Shown piece by piece: positions 51,697 to 64,000 of a stretch of 64,000 bases of DNA. Under the pieces are notes generated by a model, which ran no database searches, was not told the origin of the DNA, and saw only the letters and a program-made list of their open reading frames with translations. The stretch lies in NCBI RefSeq assembly GCF_009914755.1, contig NC_060930.1; one strand, written 5' to 3'. Each line of letters opens with the position of its first letter. Within the stretch, counting starts at the first letter, position 1. This stretch comes from the human T2T-CHM13v2.0 reference genome, Homo sapiens. The translations under genes and the position numbers were made by a program.

Positions 51697-54600
51697 AATG
51701 CTTACCTAACTTTACTCCAAAAACCAAAAATTAAAGGTAAAAAATAAAATAATAAAATTACAAAAATAAAATCATCAGTAATTATAATCAACATGCTAGA
51801 ATGTGAAACCTTTCTATTTATATACAAAGATAGGAGAAAAAAAGAAGAAAAAACTATTTTACATGAAAATGAAAATTTTCTCTATGGCTAAAATTCCAAA
51901 AACCAAGTAAAAACACATAATACAACCCAGAAAAAATATTTTCACACATACAAACAACAACTTATGAAATGCATATAAAAATCAATCTTTAAAAGGATCA
52001 CAGCCCAGTAGGAAAATAAAAGATATGAGAAAACCGGCAAATTACAGAGAAGTAACACAATGCCCCCAAATCGCATGTCAAGATACCTTACCCAACTCAC
52101 TAATAAAGCAATGAAAATCAAACCAGTATCATTTCTAAACTATACAGGTGAAAATTAGAATTAAAAAAAAAACAGTGCTGATAAGAATGTGAGGAAAGAT
52201 ATTCTCATATACTTGTTGAAAGAGAATCAACTTTCTGGGAACTCAATAAGCAATTTAAATCAAAGTTTAACTATGAAGTTAACCCTTTGATCCAATAATC
52301 AATTTCACTTCCGAGGACTTTTCCTGTTGATAAACTCATGAAAAACTACTGAGAAATATATTCAAAGATGTTTCTTACAGTCTTATTGGTAATGCCTAAA
52401 TAATAATAATAAATAAAGAACCAAGGCAATCTTTGAGATTTCTTAAATTTGATAAAAACAGTCCCTACATCGTATAGCTATGATTAACCTTTTCTTTATA
52501 TTTTCTTTCATGAAGCCTTTCCAATTTTTAACTTTCCTTTAAACTCCTAGAGAATTTTATTTGACTTTCTTCTTTGGCACTTAACATTGACTATCTTGAA
52601 ATACAGTTACTTTGTGTTATGTCCTTTATCAGACTCCAACCTCTTTGAGGAAACAATTCATCCTTAACTCATTCCTATTTTTTTCTCGGTACAACTACTA
52701 TTTACTCATATCCAGATTCCTCTCCACTCTCTGGCATATGGGAAATCATACTTACCTAATCTGTTAAAATACATGTGGTTTGCACAATTTGCTCTAGTTA
52801 ATTAAACATGAATGGTAGTGATTTAAAAGCCAATGTTTGATTCTCTCTGCACCTGCCACCATAATTAGTCATGATCTAGATGGTGAAATATCTGTTAATC
52901 TGAGTCTCCCTGTGAAGACAATGGGAAGCTCCTCACTGCTGCTGATAAATATGTAGTTTGAGGAGCAATAAACCTTTGATTTAAGCCACAAGCATGTGGG
53001 TTTGCTTGTTACTGTAGCATAAGCTACTCTAGCCTACCTATTGTCTTGCTTGTGATTAATAATAATTTGCTGAATATACAGAATGTTTTCATTTCCCAAA
53101 ACACAGTCAACACTCTTGGGTGCTCAAAGAAAATTTCAATAAAACAAATATTTGGGGGAGTCACACTCTTGGTCCTATCAGAGTTTACAAGTGATTAAAG
53201 TCAAAGAGAATCCAAACTAGTAAGATAATTCCACTTCCCACAGGCTGCTTTCCAAACCTTTCATGGCTGATGAATATAACTTTGATGAGCCTGTCCATCT
53301 TTTAAGCCGATCTAGAGTCATAGTCTTCAGTCAGGTCAAGATTATTTTTGGGGCTAGTAAAAGAACATGAGAACTACTATTTTTAAAATTCATTTTAAAA
53401 AATGTCTTTGTGTGTGTGTTTCAAATTCACATAATACTTTGCTCAGTAGCACAGATATATAATTTTTATATATGAGTCTACATGTCCAAAAGTCTTTTAC
53501 TGCAATACATTTTGCAATTTAAAGGTTTGATGACCTATGATCTACAATGAACTATCCCTCTTCCCTAGAGAGAAATGTAGACCATGAACACTCCTATGGC
53601 CCAGTCAGCACGACCGTGGGTACTCATTCATCTTCTCCCTCCCCTGCCTATCTTCTTGGCTCTTGACAGGCATTCAGGGATTCTTCTCACAGTGCAGGCA
53701 GTAGACTAAAAGAAGCACAAGTCACACAGTGAAAAACTACTCTGGCCAAAGCAGAAAAATGCAGGAAAAAGAAAGCCAGATTGGGATCAAGGTATTTTAT
53801 TTCAACCCCCTAGATCCTTGAGTAACTTGACACAAATGACTTAAGCTCTTCATTTTTCAGTTCTCCAAAATGTAAAATGAGGATAATTTACTTCACAATT
53901 AATCTAAAATGAGCACAGTATGACTTACTGTACTAATCCCACAGGACTTTTTGTGAGGATTTAATGTAAAGGGGAATGCATATGGACAAAATTGATGCAA
54001 AACATATCAGGAATAAAATAGAAAAGGGTACACACCACAGTAAAAACCATGAAAGCACCCAATACATAAAGTTTTGTACAGATCCGTGGCTTCTTTTCCT
54101 CTCAGAAAAAATAAAAGCAAAAACAACAACAAAAACACAAATCCTAAGTCTTACACAAGCTCAGGCAATAATGACCTATGGGAAACTATTTTAATCCACT
54201 AAAATAATTCCTCTCTCTAACACAGTGATGGGGATTCCATTTGGGGTTTGGGATTACCATTGAACTACTCATGCCTACAAAAGAAATAGATTTCTAAACT
54301 TCTACTACTGAGTCTCTGCAGTAGCTTCTCAACGACCATACAACAGAAGACATCCAAAGAGAAGATAAAAATCAAGTTTAGAACCAACAAAATATAAAGC
54401 ATTCTAAAAAATTCAATAAAAGTTTTAAGTTTCCTTATAATACCAACAGAAAAAAGAGAAAACCAGGACAGAAGAGGAATAACATCCAATAAATAAGGCA
54501 AGACATGGAATTAATGGTTCTTCATAATAAACTAAGATGTTAAATCCACTATATTATAGTTTTAAAAGAAAAAAGGTTGAAAGATCAGGAGATAATCCAG

Positions 54601-54767
54601 ATTGCAAAAGCAGCCACAGAATTAGTTAAAACCTGAGCACACATAAGTCAGCACCATGTGTACAGAAAGGACACTCAACAATGCCTAATATCAGAGAATA
54701 TTTAGGGAGGGCAAAGCTAGTGCTGTTTGGGGAGAAAATCCTCTGAGGAAAGGATTTTTTTAAAGGA

Positions 54768-54829
54768 AATTGCAGTTTTTGCCATTGAAAGTAATGTCAA
54801 AAATCACAATTACTTTTGCACCAACCTAA
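54768..54829. mobile_element. MADE1, left end truncated
   Basis: aattgcagtttttgccatt...caattacttttgcaccaacctaa + TA. Confidence 0.9.
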
Positions 54830-55099
54830 TAGTAACACCACTTCCATAAAAAGTAGAGAAATTTGTTTTCTGAAAACCCGATTGTAACAACTCCAAGTTT
54901 CTCCAGATTCAGAGGAAGCAAAATATTTTTTAGAAAAGAGGTTGTGCATATGTGTATGTCTGTATTTAATATTCTTATTATTTACTATAGTAGTAATCAT
55001 ATCAATAATTATTACTATAATTATAAAATATATGCATATATATTTTATATATACATTTATATCCATATATGTTTATACTTCTTAATATTACAATAATAA

Positions 55100-55930
55100 A
55101 ATCTCTTAATGAGGAAGGGGAAGAGGACAGGGCTGAATCCTGGAGGCACCCCAACATTTAGAGAATGTGTGGAGGAGGAAGAGAAAGAGCCAACGAGAAA
55201 ACATGAAAAGGTAACTAGTGGCAGCAAGGAGAAATCTAGGAGCATGTGGTATCCCAGAAGCCAAGAGAAGAAATTGTCCCAAGAAGGAGGGAATAGTCAA
55301 CAGTGTCAAACACTGTAGAGACATACAGCAAGACAAGAAGAAATAATTGAAAAATACTGACTACTGGATTTCAAAGATGGAAGACTGGTGATCTAAATAT
55401 GCAGCAGAAGGTTGGGATGGAAGTCCTACTAGAGTGGGTCAGAGAGAGAAATGGCAGTGAAAATGTGCAGGAAATAAAGGCAAACCTTTTGGAGCACTTG
55501 TACTACAATGAGAAACAGGGAAATGGCCTGGTAGCTAAAGGAAGATATGTGGTAGAGGAAGTGGGGAGGTTTGGGTGGTTTCAAATGGATCATCCTTTAG
55601 GCTATTGGGAAAATTTAACTAGAAAAGAAAATGACTATTGACACAGAAGAGAAGGGCTAGTTAATACACAAAGTAATGGAAAAAGATGGGATCCAGACTG
55701 CAAGAGGAGGCCTGTGGACTCCACATGGACACTTCGCCCATAATAAGAGGAGGAAAGGCAGAATATAGGTACATATACGGGTAGGAGGGTAGACATAGTG
55801 GGAAGACATTTAGGGAATTTCTGTCTGATTGTTTCAGATGCAGCACTTCAACAGAGAGAGGAAGGATAAAGGATCACTCAAAGATATTTCCAAAAATTTT
55901 GCCTTAAGTAATCAGCAGAATGGTGGCCCA
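55100..55930 (-). mobile_element. L2 fragment
   Basis: Purine-rich gaggacagggctgaatcctggaggcaccccaacatttaga motif; edges approximate. Confidence 0.65.
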
Positions 55931-57829
55931 ATAACAAATCATGATCATCATCACTATCATCACCAATTTACAGCATTTAATTTAGGCCAACCACATGCAT
56001 GTCCTCATTTAATCTTCACAAAAAGCCTAGGCAGTAAGTAATACTATGGCTTCCACTTTCCAGATGATAAAAACCAGGTTTAAAGAGATTAACAAGTGTG
56101 ATTTGGGAGGTAAGCAGTCTAAATTCAGAACTAAGCCTATAATCTATAATCTGTAACTGCTTTAAGCCCCCAAATCTCACACACATGCACACTTGTGCAC
56201 ACACACTTGTGCACATACACACACACACACAAGTGTTTGGGCATGGTGTTATCAGAAAATCACATGGGTAGACTCTCTCCCTGTTTTGGTAATTTTTGTT
56301 TGGTCTTCAGGAACACTGAAAGAAGTAATACCACTAACATACTGTTTTAACATGTATTCTCTAACATTTTTTAGCTTTTTTACCCCTGTTCTCTCAAAAT
56401 ATATATTGGAGTTCCTTGGTTATGACTGACTCTATAACAGAAATCACTGTAAAACCACTTAGTTTTTCGATGTTGGAGGCCCAGAGGTAAGGAACTTTAT
56501 TCAGGTAGGGAAGTCTTACCCATCACATGGTGCTCCGGTCTGGATGCTGAGGACAATGGGAAAGTGAGGCTTTGAAGGGACCACTTAAAAGTTGAATGTA
56601 CTAACAAAGAAAATAAAATCTATAATTCTTCCAATAATACCCTAGATATAATTATGACATTTTATTTCTTAAGCCCAGAAAAGTCAAGTAATGAGTTTGT
56701 ACAGAGTCTGGATAGGTTAAAAAATAAATTACTCATACTTCCTACATCTGTAAAATTGAATTTGCCATGGAAAAGTTTCACACTCAATTTGAAAATTCAT
56801 AAATACATATCAATTAACCAGCATCACCTAATGTAAGTTTTAACAAAAATTAGTTCTCCATACAATTTAAATATATTAGTTTTTTAATATTGAGGAAGTA
56901 TTTTAAAGCATTTAAAGTATTTTTTAGATTTCAAAGAATAGCTTTAAAGCATGTAATAAAATTAGTTACCAACTGAAGACTATTTGCTGAGTAAGTATTC
57001 CTTTTGATTTTGCAAATTCAGGAAAAAACACCCTGCAAAATCTATGTATATTCTATTGTGTGATATGTGAAGAACAAATGTTAAAGTCAGAAAGAAAGCA
57101 CATCTAATTTCAATTATCTTAAGTGGAAATTCCTACTGTAGGAGTCTTTGGAGAAAATCCACAAAATGGAAATTATTCTGGGAAAATGTCCTAATGGGGA
57201 ACAGTATTGTGTGGAACAATCTTCCAAAGGCGACTGCGTGATACCTGGAAAAGTATCCTGCACTGCCACAAGTCAAAGTCATCTCAGGGGTATGTTCTTT
57301 AACCCTTCATTTCCAAAAATCAAGTAACCATGTTATAAAGGAATAATCAAGGAAAAACCTTCAATTAACTTACTAAATTATTTTAGCTCTGGGCAAAGAA
57401 CTCTCAGAAGCCACATGGAATGTGAAGCGGAAACTTGGAAGGTAGTACATGGTGATTTTAGACCCACAATGACTAGGTCAAATCAGAGTTTAACCCCAAC
57501 AATGAACTTCAGAAAACAATCAACTCTGAATAAAATCCACAACTGGTCTGAAAACAGAGACCTTGCATAAATATACATCTTATTTATCTTATCCAGTAAA
57601 ATGTATGACACTGTAAAATTCACAGACCTATATTTAAAAGACAACATAATGACCCAAAACAATAAAGCAGTCAGCATAAGATGCCACTAGTAGAATTATA
57701 GTTGTTCTTTTATTTTAAAGTAAGGAACATTTATTCCCACAAAAATTTAGTTCAATTATTTTAAGATGTACAAATGAAATCCCCCTTTTTATGTTTAGTG
57801 TGTAAAACTCAACTAAAGAATGAAATCAG

Positions 57830-58100
57830 TATGTTGGGGAGATATTTGCACTCCCATTTTATTGCAGCACTATTCACAGTAGCCAGGACATGGCCTAAAC
57901 CTAAGTTCTGTCAATGGATGAATGGATAAAGAAATTGTGGTATATATACATAATGGAATACTATTCAGCTATAAAAAAGAAGGAAATCCTGTCATTTTCA
58001 ACAACATGAATGAACCTGGAAGACATTTTTGTTAAGCGAAATAAGTCAGGGACAAAAAGACAAATACCATATCATCTCACTTATATGTGGAATCTAAAAA
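57830..58100 (+). mobile_element. L1MA-type 3' fragment
   Basis: ttgcagcactattcacagtagcc...aaggaaatcctgtcatt...ctcacttatatgtggaatctaaaaa. Confidence 0.8.
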
Positions 58101-58498
58101 ATGTGGCTGAGCCAATAGGCCACGTGCCAGATAGATACCAATTGTGGAGATGGTCCCTTGGGTATTGGACTATCTGAGGTTAACATGGTAACACTTTCCT
58201 TTCACATAACCCACTCCCCTCTAAGAAGGTAACTCCCTGTGGAGCTTAACCACAGGGAGAGAACATGGCATAGGGCAATGCCAAAGTCTGTTTCATTTGA
58301 TAGTGGTCAATGATAACTTCTTTTATGTAGTGATAAAGCCTTCTATAAGCTTTATTGTCTAATAGCCACTGACAAATTTCTGAGCCCACAAATCTTAGAA
58401 TTCACCAAGACGCAGACTATTGAATGGAAACCATCACAGCTAACATCCTTTATCTTTGAGGGACTAACACCATTGATTGCATTTTTGTGTGTGTTTAC

Positions 58499-58552
58499 CT
58501 TGTCACCATCTCGCCCTGGTTCTCCTTTGTAACCTGGTAGTCCTCGAGCTCC
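58499..58552 (-). CDS. COL21A1: Collagen alpha-1(XXI) exon, 54 bp, GARGLPGYKGEPGRDGDK
   Basis: tttag|GGAGCT...GACAAG|gtaaac; 91-bp intron from the previous exon. Confidence 0.96.
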
Positions 58553-58643
58553 CTAAATTAACCAGAAAATAAAATTTTGTTAATTATCGGTTTTAGTTCA
58601 CTAAAAATAAAATTTATAAAATGTATATAAGTGGATCACATAC

Positions 58644-58697
58644 TTGTATTCCTGGAGATCCTGGAACACCTGGTGTCCCTGCAATTCCCTGATATCC
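58644..58697 (-). CDS. COL21A1: Collagen alpha-1(XXI) exon, 54 bp, GYQGIAGTPGVPGSPGIQ
   Basis: Minus strand tttctttag|GGATAT...ATACAA|gtatgt; 6 perfect Gly-X-Y triplets, phase 0; peptide matches recalled COL21A1. Confidence 0.96.
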
Positions 58698-59861
58698 CTA
58701 AAGAAAAATTTAAAAAGAAAAAAAATAATATTTCATCATATTTACCAAGAGAAGTTCTCCGTTTCAGAATTCACTCTTATCTCAAGTTTCTCATGCCTAA
58801 AACTTCACTTAGAGACAAATCCAAAATAATAAAGTGTTAAATGCTTAATAAGGAATTCATACCCTTTGATCTTTATGAAATCCTTTAAAAAGTATATAGG
58901 GCCCTAAATATTTGTAAATTAATAAAAATATTTAGAAAATCTTAAATTAAGAGGAGAGTTAATGTTCACAGTTTCTTAAGAAATGTACTGGATTTATCAG
59001 AAATACATTCAACATATCCAAGAGAGAAACACTTCAAGAGATTGGAGGATTAAACAAATGTGTATTTGTAAACCACCTAATTAATGGCCATCTGAGTTAG
59101 TCCCTAGAATAAATTAATCTTTAATTAATATTATTCTTCAATCTTTAAATTACTCATTTTAGAAAGCTGCTGATGTTAAATGTAAGAAGGTGGTTATGAC
59201 ATATCCTCCATGGTCCCCCAAAGCTGGGCTGTTTGCTTAGGGGAGGGGGATGAGAGAAGTCACTCTCATCCCCACTGCTTCTTAGACATCCCTCCTCAAA
59301 AACTGGAACTTTGATAAAATAGCACAATTTTTTTAGACAGAGTTGAACTATTTATTGTTGGTTTAGCACATGGCAGCTAAAGTCTCCAAATTAACTTGTA
59401 GGCTCTAAACATTTATCTAGGTTTCTTAGGGCTGATTGTCAGGTTAATGGACCACCTGGCACCTACAAACATAATAACCACTATCAAGTTCCATCTTTCT
59501 CACATTCTTTATTCAGACTCCATTTTTCTTAGATCTTACTGTTTGGGTACCAGTCTTCATTGTCAACTATGTTAACACAGATCTCATTAATGTTTCCAAT
59601 TACATCTTCATTCATAAATCTAAAAGCTTCATTTCTATGTGGCTATTCATGGGTGTCTGCACTGGTCTTCATATTCATCCACTCATCTGTCAATATGTTT
59701 TTAACTGTAATTTTAGAGACATCACAATTCCCTGTTTTTCTGTTCACATTTTCAAGTATCCTTTCTAATATTCTTTGCTACCTCTAGTAATGAGTTGTCT
59801 CTGAAAGATCAGTCTTATTGTTTTTCTCCTTTTACATGCATTTACATTTTCTATTGTGTAA

Positions 59862-60213
<352 letters not shown>

Positions 60214-60879
60214 GACTATACAATTTTTTATCACCAACCATCATCCTTTCCTTCATACTCTATTCAGTTCTTCACAGAATATATTGTTATGATTTCTCCA
60301 TGACTTCTCAGATTCAAACTTTTTTCTTGAGTGTCTTTGCCCAATCCTTAACCATTGCACTTCACCAGGAAACAATGAGTCTGATTATCAACCTCTCCAT
60401 ACTCCAGACAAAACAACGTGCATTTTTCCAACCCATCATCTGTTCGCTAGACTAGCACTCTCTCCGTCACTGGATTATGAGCCCCCTTGAGATCAAAGAC
60501 CAGGTTTAATTCATTTCTGTATTTTTGGCATTGAACACATTCTTTGGCACACTTCTGTTGATAGAACATTGGAATAATTTAAAGTCATCAACTCTATACA
60601 TGAACGTGTAAAAAAAAATCTCCTTCTCCAATGAATCATGTTATGTTTGTGCACCTTTCTGTAGAAAATGGAAACGTTTAGTAATCTCATGTTTCCTGTT
60701 CTCAGGATTACTCAAAAGTAAGAAGAAATTCAATCTACATGGAATTTGCTCAGCCCTGTATGTCTACTACTCTAGTTATCACTGAATCTCCTTCCCTCAA
60801 CCACTTTGGAATCAGATAGGCCTAGAATTCACTCTCAGCTCTGTCACTGCTAGCAATGTACAAATATAGAATTCACTTT

Positions 60880-61000
60880 CCTCCTTACAACTACTCTTTA
60901 ATGTAGGTTCTAAATTATCTTTTTTTCAGATGAGGAAACTAAGGCACAGAAGTTGAGTAACTTGCCCAAAGTTACATAGCTAGTAAGTTGATAGAGCCAG
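60880..61000 (-). mobile_element. MIR core
   Basis: cagatgaggaaactaaggcacaga..taacttgcccaaagttacatagctagtaag. Confidence 0.8.
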
Positions 61001-64000
61001 TGGGAACATTCTCTATCAGAAAGTGCTTTATGGCGGGTCAGATCTGATCATTGTAGATTGACTCAACTGATTCAAAGAAATCCATTTTGCAAGACTATTT
61101 TTAAATTATTTAGAATTCTGAGTGCCCAGAGGAAAGGAATGTTCATAAAATTCCTCAAAAGAAAGTTACCATGGAAATTGGCTATTGATCAAAATGGTTG
61201 ATCATCTGCAAAGTTCACATTTAATGAATTATTTTTCTTTTACAGTTTTTCAAAAGTTAAGCCAAATGTCATATCTGCCTTACTACTTTTTTAGGAAAAT
61301 TAATCTTTCATAAAAGATCAAATGCTGCTGTGCTGTCTCTCCTCTTCGAAGAAGTTGATGTGGTATTTGTTATAGAGGACGCATTTCATTTTAACAGATT
61401 AAAACAACTTGGAGATGCCCTAACTGTGTTCCCAGCTTACCTCTGACTCATAATGTGACCTCAGGCAGAGTCATCAATCCCCAAACCCTGGGAGGCAACA
61501 CAGTTAAGTGGAAAGACGATGAATTTGAAATTGGAAAAGAACTTGCACTGAATGTTTGCCCTTCCTTTTACTTTCTATGAGATTTTGGCTAAGTCACTTT
61601 GCCTAGCAAAGACTTAGTTTCTTACCATAAACTGTTATTATTATCCACTTCACTTTTGAAAAGAAACAAATGGAGTCACAGGTGAAGATTCTGGCAGGTG
61701 TTAGGAACTCAATAAATGTGCGTTTCTTTCTTTTCTTCAGACTCAATGACTATTGTACAAGACCACAAGAATACTTCTGCAGAATGTTACTCCACAGCCT
61801 TATCAGCCACCATTAGTACATTGGGAATGGCAGGTCCAGTCATCATCTTTATGATTTAACTCTTTTCCAACATTATACAGATCTAATGCTAAACATGCAA
61901 ACATGGCCTCAGTGTATTTTGTAATGGCTCTCTTTGTTATATCTTTGGAGGAATTACAATATAGGAATAATAAGTGCTTCTCACAATTTGAGAATGTTGT
62001 GATATGTATATTTTTAAGGTTACAATTAGATGCATTCTTAAAGTACTAATTGCAGAAAGAAATTCAAATGCTGTTTTAGAAGCTACAGGAAACATGGTTA
62101 GTAACAAAATAAAGAAAACCAAACAACATCCAAGCTGGGGGAATCCTAGGGCAAAACACCAGAAGAAATAGAATGAAATTCAGAAAAACAAATTTTGGAC
62201 TAAAAACCAGGAAAATAAAGGTTAAAAAGGGGAATATTACAACACAGAACAATTTCCAAGAGGAAAAAGAAATAAAACATTGGTTGACTCATAGCAGGGT
62301 CAACCTTAAAGAAAGGAAAATGCCTTAAAACAGGAAAAAATAAGCTTTTTATATACCTTATTGAGTTCTTATTTTTCAGAACACATGTTTCATGTCTCAT
62401 TTTAGAACTGTAACTTTCCTATGATCTTTGAGTGGTTAATACTGTTCAACATGAATTTTGCCATTTTGCATTTATTAGCAGGTCCAAATATCCACCCTAC
62501 CCCCATCTGCAAGATTTCTGACAGTATTTAAGTCTTTTCCATGTTCACAGAAAACTTCTTTATAAATGAGTCATTTTTTTTTTTTAGGGAAAAAAATATT
62601 CTCACTGCCAAATTGTAGGGTTGAAGAAAAGAATACAGAATCAATTTAATTTTCCTCCATGATTCATAGTTACAAAGCTTCAGGAAATATGTATAGCATT
62701 GAAATGGAAATTAAGGAAATAAAATCCCCAAATGTGCAAGGGTCACCAACTATTCTGTGCTCAATTCTAATCATGTCATAAAATATTCTGCCAATCTAAA
62801 TATACACATTTTTGCAAAGTAGTGAGGAGGGTAGAGATATTAGTTTCCTTGAAATACTCTAAACTTAAAAATAAGAATAAATTCCAAAGAAATAATTTTG
62901 GATGTCACCCTCCTTTTAAAAATGTAAGAATGTGATTTAAAGTTTATTCCATTAAATAATTTTCTTCAAAGATTTCCAAAATTCCAACAGATAGTCTTGG
63001 GTACACAGCCAACGTAACTAGGTAACCAAAACCAAGTGTGTATTTTTAATGTCCACTGTGGAATCTTCTAGTTGTTGTTGGCAGGCTTTATAGCTCTATG
63101 CAATTAAATTTCAAGAAAATTAATAAATCTCTGTCATTCTATGTATAACTAATATAGAAACTAGTTTGCTACTTAACCCAACTATTAGTCAAGTGGTTTA
63201 TATGCTTTTACTGATTGCTTAGATTACTTCATTAATAAGTTCCATTAATATATGTAAAATTACACCTGAGCTAAGTGCTATGAAAGAACTACACTGCTAT
63301 GGGAGGTGAAGGGCAAGCAGTTGGGAGTTTTTCTAAGAGACAAGGGAATACTAAAGAAAGCACAATGCCTAAGAGGAATTCCTCCAATATGCCATGCATC
63401 AGGAAAAGATATACCATATCCACAAAGCCAAAAGAGAGAGAATAAGCAGAAGCAAGCTGAAAAACATATTGGAATGGTAGACGAGGTTATCTGCACAGCT
63501 CGTGGGTCTTACAAAGGACTCAAAAACATTTCTACTTCAAATTAAAGAAAACTACATTAACTATAAATGAGATTTAGCCTAAATCTAATCCTCTCTCATA
63601 TAGGAAAGGTAAACAGTGGATAGATAAATATAGAGCAACATCATCCAGTTTCCTATATTTCCCTTGAGCTAAGCACATAAATGAAAAACATTGCCTACCT
63701 TTGACAAATAATCTCTGCAGATAGAACTAGGTCCTTAAATTCACAGAATTTAATTAAACTTTGGTAAACTGCCTTATTCCCTGAATTAGGTTACACTTAA
63801 ACTTATACTAAGCTTATTTCAAAAGGAGAATGTACAACTTTCTAAGGTAACTTAAACCATCTTTAGTAAATCTTACTTCCCAACATAAATCTCTAGTAAT
63901 TGTGCTTTTCATACTCAAAGAGAGGCGATCAATAGCTAACCTCATTTCCTCTCTTGCTGTCCTGCTACATTTTTTCCATAGTACTTAACACCATCTGATG

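Noticed and set aside
58185-58220. 36-nt exon-like stretch ag|AGG GGA GTG GGT TAT...CAT|gt
   Set aside because: Only ~11 nt from the next candidate and weak donor; shows such matches can arise by chance.
63278-63545. Overlapping 72- and 79-aa ORFs
   Set aside because: No recognisable domain, Gly-X-Y frame or convincing splice sites.

Overview
Primate (hominoid, most likely human) genomic DNA lying entirely inside the FACIT collagen gene COL21A1, which is transcribed on the - strand. Seven 54-bp, phase-0 Gly-X-Y exons (58644-58697, 58499-58552, 42830-42883, 42301-42354, 40970-41023, 40793-40846, 18226-18279) splice to 126 uninterrupted collagen residues (GYQGIAGTPG...GQDGTRGEP) that match the collagen alpha-1(XXI) sequence as I recall it. 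The rest is repeat-rich intron. It holds a near full-length Tigger2, a near full-length old L1 (L1MA/PB-like) with a nested 5'-inverted L1PA2-like insertion, a complete THE1 provirus, an MLT1 MaLR with mismatched LTRs, 15 Alus, MADE1/MER5/MIR/L2 relics and a 2.15-kb AT-rich array next to an Alu tail. Best leads: (1) the intron 41024-42300 appears to need a non-canonical GG 5' splice site with otherwise near-perfect U1 complementarity; (2) several unique-sequence islands on the coding strand look like decayed Gly-X-Y exons or poison exons (hypothesis, read by eye, needs a statistical test); (3) a 170-bp duplication with a templated-insertion signature. None of the ORF-track ORFs is an independent gene. 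Repeat subfamily calls are by eye and approximate.
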